Below the pieces are notes generated by a model. It did not search any database, was not told where the DNA came from, and saw only the letters and a list, made by a program, of their open reading frames with translations. Shown here piece by piece: positions 9,846 through 18,022 of a stretch of 64,000 nt of DNA. The stretch is from a virus (Duplodnaviria; Heunggongvirae; Uroviricota; Caudoviricetes), in the IMG/VR virus record IMGVR_UViG_3300005535_000017, positions 82,331-146,330 of that record. One strand, given 5' to 3'. The translations under genes and the position numbers were made by a program. Position 1 is the first letter of the stretch, and each line of letters starts with the position of its first letter.

Positions 9846-10228
9846 CCGCCCTCCAGCGTGATGTCACCGAGTACGAGTTGGAGGTGGCTCGCTGGGCGAT
9901 CCTCCTCATCTCGACGGCAGGCAGGGTTTTGACAGTATCCGTCGGTGTAGTACCCAGGAAGGCGTAGATGCCGACCCACCCCTTTGGATCGGCTCTTCAG
10001 CCTTGCGACGCAGCTCGTACAACACCACCACACTGTTCCTGCAGGGTGGTACGAGAGCTCGTGCTGCATGAGACTGCAGGTGTCGCAGTCGTACGCTCTG
10101 GTGCAGTTCCCGCGAACATGATCATTCCCGAGAACGTTGAAGCGGGGTGATCCGTCGGCGGTGAATGTGCCTCCGTTCGCCCTCCACAGCAACGGACAGA
10201 AAGCCTGCGGCACTCCATCGCCATCCAT
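9842..10228 (-). CDS. hypothetical Cys-rich protein (128 aa)
   Basis: Cys cluster CDTC...WWCCTSC...C. Transcribed divergently from the RNAP gene. Confidence 0.5.
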   Translation of the reverse strand: MDGDGVPQAFCPLLWRANGGTFTADGSPRFNVLGNDHVRGNCTRAYDCDTCSLMQHELSYHPAGTVWWCCTSCVARLKSRSKGVGRHLRLPGYYTDGYCQNPACRRDEEDRPASHLQLVLGDITLEGG

Positions 10229-10319
10229 GAGTCACCCCATGCCATACAACAGCCAAAGCATCCACTGCACGCGGATCAGAAAGAACAGACAGAATGCGAG
10301 GCGGACGGCGGTGAGCATG

Positions 10320-10445
10320 TCACTCGTCGCCTTCCGGTGTGATTACCCCCGAGATTAGGTCGTCGACAGCCTCCTCGTAATCGTTGTTCTCGTCCTCCGG
10401 TTGGTTCGAGTCGTTGTCACCTGGTTCGAAACTCTCTCGGCCCAT
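10320..10445 (-). CDS. possible small acidic protein (41 aa)
   Basis: Minus-strand ATG (rc of 10443-10445) preceded by AGAGGGAAG. Product MGRESFEPGDNDSNQPEDENNDYEEAVDDLISGVITPEGDE. Not in ORF track (<60 aa). Confidence 0.2.
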   Translation of the reverse strand: MGRESFEPGDNDSNQPEDENNDYEEAVDDLISGVITPEGDE

Positions 10446-10513
10446 GGCTTCCCTCTCTGCGAAAATAAAGCCTGCCTACGAAACTCTTATCTCCGGCAAT
10501 CTCTAGGTTTTAT

Positions 10514-13500
10514 TTGACGTCGGATCGTCTTCTGCCTACGCTGGAGGCACTTGGTCGGCCCGGAGATTGCCGTCAGGCAGAGGGCTGCAAGGAGATTATC
10601 GTGGCCGGTACCCCAGCAGAGACCTGGAAGTCCCTCCAAGAGCGTGTCGAGTCAGCAGTGAAGAGCTACTTCCCCTTCGAAGGAAGAGCGAAGAAGTTGG
10701 TTCTTCACAATCTCTCCTTCGATGATAGTGGCGCACCGAGAGATGACATCCGCTCTCAGGAGCAAGCGAAGGATCAGAAGAAGACCTGGGGCGCGAACGT
10801 CTTCGCCGACGTGAGCCTGATCGACAAAGCCACGGGACATGAGCTCGATCGAACCAAGATCAAGGTCATGACTCTCCCCAAGCCCACCAACCGCTACAGC
10901 TACATCGTCGACGGATCCGAGTGGCAGGTGGATAGCCTCTGGCGCCTGCGTTCGGGCGTCTACGCCCACATCAAGCAGAACGGCGAAATGGAGACCGAGT
11001 TCAACCTCGCCAAGCCGTTCGCGGGTAAGCCTCGTATCAAGATCCCGTTCGATCCAGAGTCTCGCAAGTTTCAGTTCCAGTGGGGCACCTATCACCCTCC
11101 GCTCTACTCCGTTCTCAAGGTTCTCGGCGTTCAAGACGAGGATATGAAGAAGGCGTGGGGCGAGGACATCTACAAGGCCAATGTCCCGAAGCACCCGGAG
11201 AAGGACATTGAAGAGCTCTACGCGAAGATCACCAAGAACTCGAAGCAGCAACTGCAAGGCCTAACCTACGACCAGAAGGCCTCTGCCGTTGTTGCCGAGT
11301 TCCACAAGACGGGTTTGTTGCCAGAGATGACGAAGCTCGTCTTCGGCAAGCCGTTCGACCACGTCAACGGGGAAGCTTTGCTGCTGGGCTCGCAGCGGAT
11401 TCTTGGAGTGACCAAGGGCGATATCCCACAGGACGATCGCAACTCACTCGTCTTCAAGACACTGCACGGAACGGACGACTTCCTGCACGAGCAGCTCACC
11501 AAGTCCAAGATGAAGCGGACCCTTGCTGGAAAAGTCGGCAACAACATCGACCGGCAGGATAAGGTTCGCGACATCATCTCCGGCGACCTCTTCAATCGCC
11601 CCATCAAGGAGTTCTTCACGAGCTCCATGCTCTCGAAGAACCCGGAGCAGGTGAACCCGCTCGAGATGATCTCGAATCATCGAGCGACGACGATCATGGC
11701 CGAGGAGGGCGGTATCAAGAAGGAGCAGTCGGTTACGCCCGACATGAAGCTCATCAACCCCTCGCACTTCGGCTATCTCGATCCGATCCACACGCCGGAG
11801 TCGGAGCGCACCGGTATCACTCTGCACTTGCCCATCGGCGTCAAGAAGAGGGGCAACGACCCCATCATGCAGGTCTATGATCTGAAGGCGAAGCAGTTCG
11901 CCAAGGTCACGCCGGCCGAGCTACACCGAGAGAACGTGCTGCTGCCAGATCAGGTCGTCATCAGGGACGGGCGCCCGCATCCGATTGCGGACCTCGTGAA
12001 GATGAAGGACCCGATAACACACGAGATGCTGGAGAAGCCTTTCTCCGAGGCTCGCTACCTCGTTGTTCAGCCCTCGCAGCTCTACGATGAGGCGACCAAC
12101 CTCATCCCGTTCCTGCAGAACAACCAGGGCAACCGCACGATGACCGCGTCCCGCCAGGGCACGCAGGCCGTCTCTCTGCACAATCGCGAGCAGCCTCTCG
12201 TTCAGGTTTTGGCAGGCGGGTCTCAGACCTGGGAGAAGCTCACCGGTCTCGACTGGTCCCACAATGCTCATCACGACGGCAAGGTGGTGGAGATCAAGAC
12301 CAGCAAGGAGAACGGCCACGCTGAGGCTATCGTCATTCAGGACGCGGCCGGCAAGCGACACGAGGAGCAGATCTACAACCACTTCCCGCTCAACGACTCG
12401 AAGACCTTCATCCACTCGACGCCGCTTGTGAAGGTCGGCGATTCGGTGAAGAAGGGGCAGACCCTCGCCGACACCAACTTCACACGGCAGGGCTCTCTGT
12501 CCCTTGGAACGAACCTTCGCGTCGCGTATTTACCGTACAAGGGGTACAACTTCGAGGACGGCATCGTCATCTCCGACTCAGCAGCAAAGAAGCTGACGTC
12601 GGAGCACTTGCACCGTCGGACGCTCGAGACAGATCCCGAGAGGGACGAGATCTCGAAGTCGAGGTTCATCGCCTTCGCCAGCACGATGTCAAAGAAGCTG
12701 ACGAAGGACCAGATGTCCAAGATCGGGACGGACGGTCTGATTCGAGTCGGTCAGCGGGTCGAGCCGGGAGACATCCTCGTTGCAGCAGTGGGCAAGAAGG
12801 ACTACGCCGGCGAGACTGGTCGGTTGATGAGTCGTCTGTCGAAGAAGGCCTTCAATCTCCAAGACCGAAGCGTGGTCTGGGATTCCGACCACCCGGGTGA
12901 GGTGGTGAAGGTCGTCAAGCTCCCGAACAACAAGGGAGCCGTCGTTCACGTCAAGACGCTCGAGTCCGCCGAGGTCGGTGACAAGATCGTCGGCCGACAC
13001 GGCAACAAGGCCATCATCACCCGCATCCTGCCCGACCACGAGATGCCTCGCATCGGTGGCGCAGATGGCCAGCACGTCCAGGTCCTCATGAACCCATCCG
13101 GCGTCCCGACCCGCATCAACCTCGGTCAGATGCTCGAGACAGCCGCCTCGAAGGTCGCCGAGAAGACGGGCAAGCCCTATGTCGTCACCAACTTCGCCGG
13201 GCCGCACGTCGACTACACCAGCAAGGTGAAAGAAGACTTGGCGAAGAATGGCATCAGCGATCAAGAAACGCTCTTCGATCCGACCAACGGCAAGAAGCTC
13301 GGAGACGTACTGACGGGCAATCAGTACATCTTCAAGCTCAAGCACCAGGTCGAGAAGAAGCTCGCCGTCCGAAGCGGAGGTCGACAGGGCGGTGGTTCCT
13401 ACACCGTCGACCACGCTCCCAAGGGCACAGGTGCGGAGCACCCCGGCCAGGGCCTGGGGCAGCTCGAGTTCTACGCTCTGCTCGCTCACGGAGCGCGCCA

Positions 13501-16500
13501 CAACCTTCGCGAGATGGCCACCTACAAGGCCGACCAGCACCTCGGGGACAATCTCGACGACATGAATCACACCGACTTCTGGGATCGCGTCCGCACGGGC
13601 CAGCCGCTGCCGGCTCCTCGCCCGACGTTCGCGTACAAGAAGTTCGAGAACCTGCTCACCGGCCTCGGCGTCAACATCCAGAAGCAAGGCAACGAGCTCC
13701 AGCTCATGCCGTTGACTGACAAGGGCGTGCTCGCTCTCTCGCACGGCGAGATCAAAGACGCTGGTCGCATGCTCCGTGGCAAAGATGCCAAGGAGCTGGA
13801 GAAGGGCCTCTTCGACCCGAAGATCACCGGCGGCCTGCCGGATGACAAGGGCAAGGGACTCTTCTGGTCTCACATCAAGATGGCCGAGCCGGTTCCCAAT
13901 CCGGTGTTCGTCGGCTCGAGCAAGTCGCAGCTCGGCCCGGCCGTCATCCTATCCGGTCTTCGGTATGAAGACTTCGAAGCGGTTGCGAAGGGCAAGAAGG
14001 CCCTGCCCAACGGCGAGACAGGTGGTATCGCAATCAACAATCTTCTCAAGAAGATCGACGTCAAGGCCGAGCTGAAGAAGACGCTCGCTGAGCTCCCGAA
14101 GCTGAAGAAGGACGCGCTCAACAAGGCCAACAAGAAGGCGCGCTACCTCATCGCTCTCGACAAGCTCAACATGAAGCCGCACGAAGCGTACATGATGAAC
14201 TACCTGCCGGTGCTGCCGCCGGCGTTCCGGCCCATTGTTCCGATGCCGGATGGTTCACTGCGCTACGACGACATCAACCAGTACTACCACGCCATCGGTC
14301 TCCTCAACGATCGTCTGAAGAACCCGGTCAAGGAGCTCGGCGGTGCCTCGGAGAGGAACGTCCGCGAGCAGCTCTACGACGCCATGAGGGCCTACGCTGG
14401 CCTCGGTGGGCGTCCGGTCTACGAGTCGAACCGCCCGATGAAGGGCATCCTCGACGTCGTTGCTGGCGATCAGCCGAAGCAAGGCTACTTCCAGAAGCGG
14501 CTCATGAAGCGCCGGCAGGAGCTCTCCATGCGCTCCACCATCATCCCGGAGCCGGCCATGCACCTCGACTACGTGGGCCTACCGAAGGAAGCGGCGATGG
14601 AGCTCTACAAGCCTTTCGTCGTGCGAGAGCTGGGTCAGGTCGGCCTCAACCCGGTCAATGCGCTGAAGGCGGTGAAGGAGAATAGGGACATCGCCTGGAA
14701 GGCGCTCGAGAAGGCGATGGACAAGCGCCCGGTCCTCCTCAAGCGAGACCCGGCTCTGCACAAGTTCTCGATCATGGCCTTCAAGCCGAAGATGGTCGAG
14801 GGCAAGGCCATCCAGATCCACCCGCTGGTCACCGCTGGCTACAACGCTGACTTCGACGGCGACACCATGTCCGTCTTCGTCCCGCTCACGGACGAGGCAG
14901 TCAAGGAGTCCCACAAGATGTTCCCGTCGAACAACCTCTTCAGCTCGACCAGCGGCGACATCATGTACCAGCCGACGCAGGAGTCACTGCTCGGTCTTCA
15001 CCTTCTGACGAAGTGGGGCAAGGAGACTGGTAAGACATTTCCCAACTTCCTCGAAGCACAGAAGGCGAAGGACAGAGGTGCTCTTGGCATGAACGACGTC
15101 TTCACCATCGGTGGCAAGAAGACGACGCTCGGCCGCATGACAATCAATAGCTACTTCCCAGACGGCTTCAAGGCCAACGAGGAACTTCTGCACGACTCGA
15201 AGTTCACGCTCAAGAAGAAGAACGTGAAGCAGCTCCTGGGTAACCTGGCCCGCCAGGACCCGAAGAGCTTCGCCCTCACCGTCGACAAGCTGAAGGACTT
15301 GGGTAACAACTACTCCTACGAAGCGGGGTTCTCCTTCGGTCTGAAGGACCTTGATGTTCAGAAGGGGCTGCGTGATCACATCCTCCACCCCTACGATGTC
15401 GAGGCGGGAAAGATCAGGTCCAGCAAGCTCTCGAAGGAAGAGAAGGACGCCAAGCTGGTGAAGATCTACTCGATGGCGACCGATGAGCTCGAGAAGGAGC
15501 TCCTGCCGCACTTCGAGAAGACGGACAACAAGATCTACACGATGGTGTACTCCGGTGCTCGCGGCTCGACGCCGCAGTTCCGCCAGATCACCATGGCTCC
15601 GATGCTCATGAAGGACGGCGCTGGCGGCACCATCCCCACTCCGGTCAAGAAGAGCTATGCGGAGGGTCTCGACGTCGGTGACTACTGGACGTCTCTCCAC
15701 GGCGCCCGCATGGGTACCCTGCAGAAGGTCGAAGGTACCTCTGAGCCTGGAGCTCTCACCAAAGACGTTGCTAACGTCATGATGCCGACGCTGATCGTCT
15801 CGAACGATTGCGGTACCAAGAACGGCATCACGATGAATGTGGCCGACGTGGAGATCCAGGATCGAGTTCTGGCCAAGGAAGCGAAAGTGGGTAAGCACAC
15901 GCTCGCTCCTGGCACGATCATCACTCCAGAGGTGACGGCAACTCTGCAGAAGCACGGCGTCGACAAGATCATCGTGCGGTCTCCTCTGAAGTGCGCCCAC
16001 GGGCAGGGCCTGTGCGCCAAGTGCTACGGACTCAGTGAGAACGGACACTTCCACGAAGTCGGCACCAACATCGGCGTGATCGCCGGACACGCTCTTGGTG
16101 AGCCAGCGACGCAGCTCGCCATGGACTCGTTCCACACCGGTGGCGTCGCGGCGTCTCGAGGCGCCGGTGCGGTCGACAAGTTCACTCGACTGAACCAGCT
16201 TCTCAATGTCCCCAAGATCCTGTCGCACTCTGCTACCCTATCCACCATGGAAGGGACCGTGTCTCGGATCGAGCACGACAAGGCGACGAACGGTCACTAC
16301 ATCCACATCGGCGGGGAACGGCACTACGTCCCGGCCGTCAACAAGGTCACCGTCGCTGTGGGCGACAAAGTCTTCCCGGGCCACGCGCTGTCGGACGGCC
16401 CCATCAATCCCCGCGAGCTCTTGCCGCTGACCGACATCCACAATGTGCAGAACTACGTCACGAACAGCCTACACAACGATGTGTACAAGGACGAGCACGT

Positions 16501-16870
16501 CAAGCGCCGCAACATCGAGACAGTAGTGCGCTCTCTGACCAACCTCGCTCGCGTCGAGGATCCGGGCGATTCGGCACACCTGCACGGAGACCTCGTCCTT
16601 CGCACTGTGGTGGATGAGCACAACCGCAGCCTGAAGCCCGATGAGAAGCCGATCATCGCAAAGCCAGTTATTCGCTCGGCGGAGCAGGTCGCCCTCGACC
16701 AGCACGAAGACTGGATGGCGCGTCTCAACTTCGAGCGTTTGCGGCAGACCATTCTCGAGGGTGCGTCTCGAGGCTGGAAGAGCAACATCCACGGGCCCAA
16801 CCCCGTTCCCGCCTATGTCTTCGGTGCGGAGTTCGGCAAGGGCACCAAAGAGAATCCGCACCACTACTAA
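10514..16870 (+). CDS. rpoBC: multisubunit DNA-directed RNA polymerase, fused beta / beta-prime subunits in one polypeptide
   Basis: 2118-aa ORF. Beta motifs GDKIVGRHGNKAIITRILP (GRHGNKG) and GQLEFYALLAHGA..LREM (GEMEVWALEAYGAA). Beta C-terminus KKFENLLTGLGVNIQ runs directly into beta-prime. Beta-prime motifs NYLPVLPPAFRPIVP, KRDPALHKFSIMAFKP, NADFDGDTMSVFVPL (catalytic Asp triad) and a bridge-helix-like LHGARMGTLQK. The likely true start is the GTG at 10601, preceded by AAGGAG at 10589-10594; the track start at 10514 has no RBS. Confidence 0.9.
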   Translation: MTSDRLLPTLEALGRPGDCRQAEGCKEIIVAGTPAETWKSLQERVESAVKSYFPFEGRAKKLVLHNLSFDDSGAPRDDIRSQEQAKDQKKTWGANVFADVSLIDKATGHELDRTKIKVMTLPKPTNRYSYIVDGSEWQVDSLWRLRSGVYAHIKQNGEMETEFNLAKPFAGKPRIKIPFDPESRKFQFQWGTYHPPLYSVLKVLGVQDEDMKKAWGEDIYKANVPKHPEKDIEELYAKITKNSKQQLQGLTYDQKASAVVAEFHKTGLLPEMTKLVFGKPFDHVNGEALLLGSQRILGVTKGDIPQDDRNSLVFKTLHGTDDFLHEQLTKSKMKRTLAGKVGNNIDRQDKVRDIISGDLFNRPIKEFFTSSMLSKNPEQVNPLEMISNHRATTIMAEEGGIKKEQSVTPDMKLINPSHFGYLDPIHTPESERTGITLHLPIGVKKRGNDPIMQVYDLKAKQFAKVTPAELHRENVLLPDQVVIRDGRPHPIADLVKMKDPITHEMLEKPFSEARYLVVQPSQLYDEATNLIPFLQNNQGNRTMTASRQGTQAVSLHNREQPLVQVLAGGSQTWEKLTGLDWSHNAHHDGKVVEIKTSKENGHAEAIVIQDAAGKRHEEQIYNHFPLNDSKTFIHSTPLVKVGDSVKKGQTLADTNFTRQGSLSLGTNLRVAYLPYKGYNFEDGIVISDSAAKKLTSEHLHRRTLETDPERDEISKSRFIAFASTMSKKLTKDQMSKIGTDGLIRVGQRVEPGDILVAAVGKKDYAGETGRLMSRLSKKAFNLQDRSVVWDSDHPGEVVKVVKLPNNKGAVVHVKTLESAEVGDKIVGRHGNKAIITRILPDHEMPRIGGADGQHVQVLMNPSGVPTRINLGQMLETAASKVAEKTGKPYVVTNFAGPHVDYTSKVKEDLAKNGISDQETLFDPTNGKKLGDVLTGNQYIFKLKHQVEKKLAVRSGGRQGGGSYTVDHAPKGTGAEHPGQGLGQLEFYALLAHGARHNLREMATYKADQHLGDNLDDMNHTDFWDRVRTGQPLPAPRPTFAYKKFENLLTGLGVNIQKQGNELQLMPLTDKGVLALSHGEIKDAGRMLRGKDAKELEKGLFDPKITGGLPDDKGKGLFWSHIKMAEPVPNPVFVGSSKSQLGPAVILSGLRYEDFEAVAKGKKALPNGETGGIAINNLLKKIDVKAELKKTLAELPKLKKDALNKANKKARYLIALDKLNMKPHEAYMMNYLPVLPPAFRPIVPMPDGSLRYDDINQYYHAIGLLNDRLKNPVKELGGASERNVREQLYDAMRAYAGLGGRPVYESNRPMKGILDVVAGDQPKQGYFQKRLMKRRQELSMRSTIIPEPAMHLDYVGLPKEAAMELYKPFVVRELGQVGLNPVNALKAVKENRDIAWKALEKAMDKRPVLLKRDPALHKFSIMAFKPKMVEGKAIQIHPLVTAGYNADFDGDTMSVFVPLTDEAVKESHKMFPSNNLFSSTSGDIMYQPTQESLLGLHLLTKWGKETGKTFPNFLEAQKAKDRGALGMNDVFTIGGKKTTLGRMTINSYFPDGFKANEELLHDSKFTLKKKNVKQLLGNLARQDPKSFALTVDKLKDLGNNYSYEAGFSFGLKDLDVQKGLRDHILHPYDVEAGKIRSSKLSKEEKDAKLVKIYSMATDELEKELLPHFEKTDNKIYTMVYSGARGSTPQFRQITMAPMLMKDGAGGTIPTPVKKSYAEGLDVGDYWTSLHGARMGTLQKVEGTSEPGALTKDVANVMMPTLIVSNDCGTKNGITMNVADVEIQDRVLAKEAKVGKHTLAPGTIITPEVTATLQKHGVDKIIVRSPLKCAHGQGLCAKCYGLSENGHFHEVGTNIGVIAGHALGEPATQLAMDSFHTGGVAASRGAGAVDKFTRLNQLLNVPKILSHSATLSTMEGTVSRIEHDKATNGHYIHIGGERHYVPAVNKVTVAVGDKVFPGHALSDGPINPRELLPLTDIHNVQNYVTNSLHNDVYKDEHVKRRNIETVVRSLTNLARVEDPGDSAHLHGDLVLRTVVDEHNRSLKPDEKPIIAKPVIRSAEQVALDQHEDWMARLNFERLRQTILEGASRGWKSNIHGPNPVPAYVFGAEFGKGTKENPHHY
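10515..10543 (+). promoter_or_regulatory. possible sigma70-like promoter upstream of the RNAP gene
   Basis: TTGACG (10515-10520), 17-nt spacer, TACGCT (10538-10543), in an AT-richer divergent intergenic region. Weak -10. Speculative. Confidence 0.2.
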
Positions 16871-16872
16871 TC

Positions 16873-18021
16873 ATGAGCAGACGCGCTGTAGACGCCTTCC
16901 CCAAGAAGCGCTCGTCCTCCACGGCGACGACGGATCTTCGCGACGTTTCCGTTTATCGGGGCCGTGTCGTCAACGTCAACATTCGGGACTACACGGTGGA
17001 CACCCGAATGGAGGCTGCGCCCTATACGGTGAAGTTCGACATCCCCTTCATCTCTCCCTACGTGAATCAGAACCAGGGAGAGGGCATCAACTGGATGCCG
17101 GAAGTCGGGTCGGTTTGCTGGGTCTGTGAGCCTTCAGAAGACGGACGAGAGAGCTTCGTTCTTGGCTGGTCTGTGGTGGATGAGGGCGGCAGCTATCGTG
17201 GTGGGCGCTCTCTTCTCAATCCTGGAGACATCGAGCTCAAGACAAGAGACCTGAACTTCGTCACTCTCCGTCGAGGAGGGATCGTTCAGATCGGCTCTAC
17301 TCCCATCTGCCAGCGCATCTTCCTACCCATTCGAAACGTGATGCAGGACTTCGCCGAGAACTACGAGCTCCACACCCCGGCTGGTGACCTCACATGGCAG
17401 GTGCAGAGGAAGGATGAAGATTCCGACGGGCACCAGAAGTGTCTGTACCAAATCGCCGCCAAAGAGTTCGCGGACGACTCCAATGACAAGACGGTCGCCC
17501 TCCTCAAAATCGGTTCCCATGGCGACGGTGACAAGACTATCCTGACGCTGCAAACCCGCGATAAAGGTGGAGGAGACGTCAAGATAGGGCTCACCTTCGA
17601 CAAGGACGGCAACGTCAACTGGACCATGGAAAAGAACTACTCCTTGGTGCTCAACTCAGGTGACCTGACGCTCCAAGCGAAGCAGGGCAAAGTCTCGGTC
17701 TCGTCGAACAAGGCGATGTCGCTCGATAGCCAAGACTCGATGGATCTCCACAGCACAAAGGCGATGGGAATCAAGACGGACGACGCGATGACGATCCAGG
17801 CCATGCAGAAGCTGGTGCTCAAGGGCACAGCGGGGATCGATATCGACTTGGCGCAATGGCCCGTCTTGCGCAACTCTCCTGACTTCATCCAGTTCATCGC
17901 TGCAGTCGCTGCTCAGCTTGGAACTCCAGTGACGACGCCCTTCGGCACTCTCGTCGCTGCGAACCCTGGCATCCTCTCGATGATTCCCAAAAACCACCAG
18001 AACCCGAAGGTGAAGGTCTAA
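16873..18021 (+). CDS. baseplate central spike/hub protein (gpV / gp5-like OB-fold plus beta-helix)
   Basis: 382 aa. N-terminal PYVNQNQGEGINWMPEVGSVCWVCEPSEDGRESFVLGW resembles the P2 gpV OB-fold (VGEQVLILAVGGELDTAFVLPG). C-terminal repetitive beta-strand segment rich in short T/S/D/K units. Start 2 nt after the RNAP stop, no own SD. Confidence 0.5.
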   Translation: MSRRAVDAFPKKRSSSTATTDLRDVSVYRGRVVNVNIRDYTVDTRMEAAPYTVKFDIPFISPYVNQNQGEGINWMPEVGSVCWVCEPSEDGRESFVLGWSVVDEGGSYRGGRSLLNPGDIELKTRDLNFVTLRRGGIVQIGSTPICQRIFLPIRNVMQDFAENYELHTPAGDLTWQVQRKDEDSDGHQKCLYQIAAKEFADDSNDKTVALLKIGSHGDGDKTILTLQTRDKGGGDVKIGLTFDKDGNVNWTMEKNYSLVLNSGDLTLQAKQGKVSVSSNKAMSLDSQDSMDLHSTKAMGIKTDDAMTIQAMQKLVLKGTAGIDIDLAQWPVLRNSPDFIQFIAAVAAQLGTPVTTPFGTLVAANPGILSMIPKNHQNPKVKV

Positions 18022-18022
18022 C

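Noticed and set aside
12689-13873. Long antisense ORFs inside large genes: 12689-13873, 14984-16228, 18530-19750, 37052-38617, 47295-48953, 3685-5451, 6647-7699, 44682-45932, 21508-22482, 54770-56959 opposite-frame partners.
   Set aside because: High-GC genomes generate long stop-free antisense frames. These have Arg/Leu/Gly-skewed, stop-avoiding composition, no RBS, and overlap well-supported genes such as RNAP, NrdJ, sheath and helicase.
6602-16870. Inteins or group I introns in nrdJ, the RNAP gene or terL
   Set aside because: These ORFs are continuous, with conserved motifs in the expected order and spacing. No inserted block with Cys/Ser...His-Asn splice junctions or LAGLIDADG/HNH homing-endonuclease motifs.
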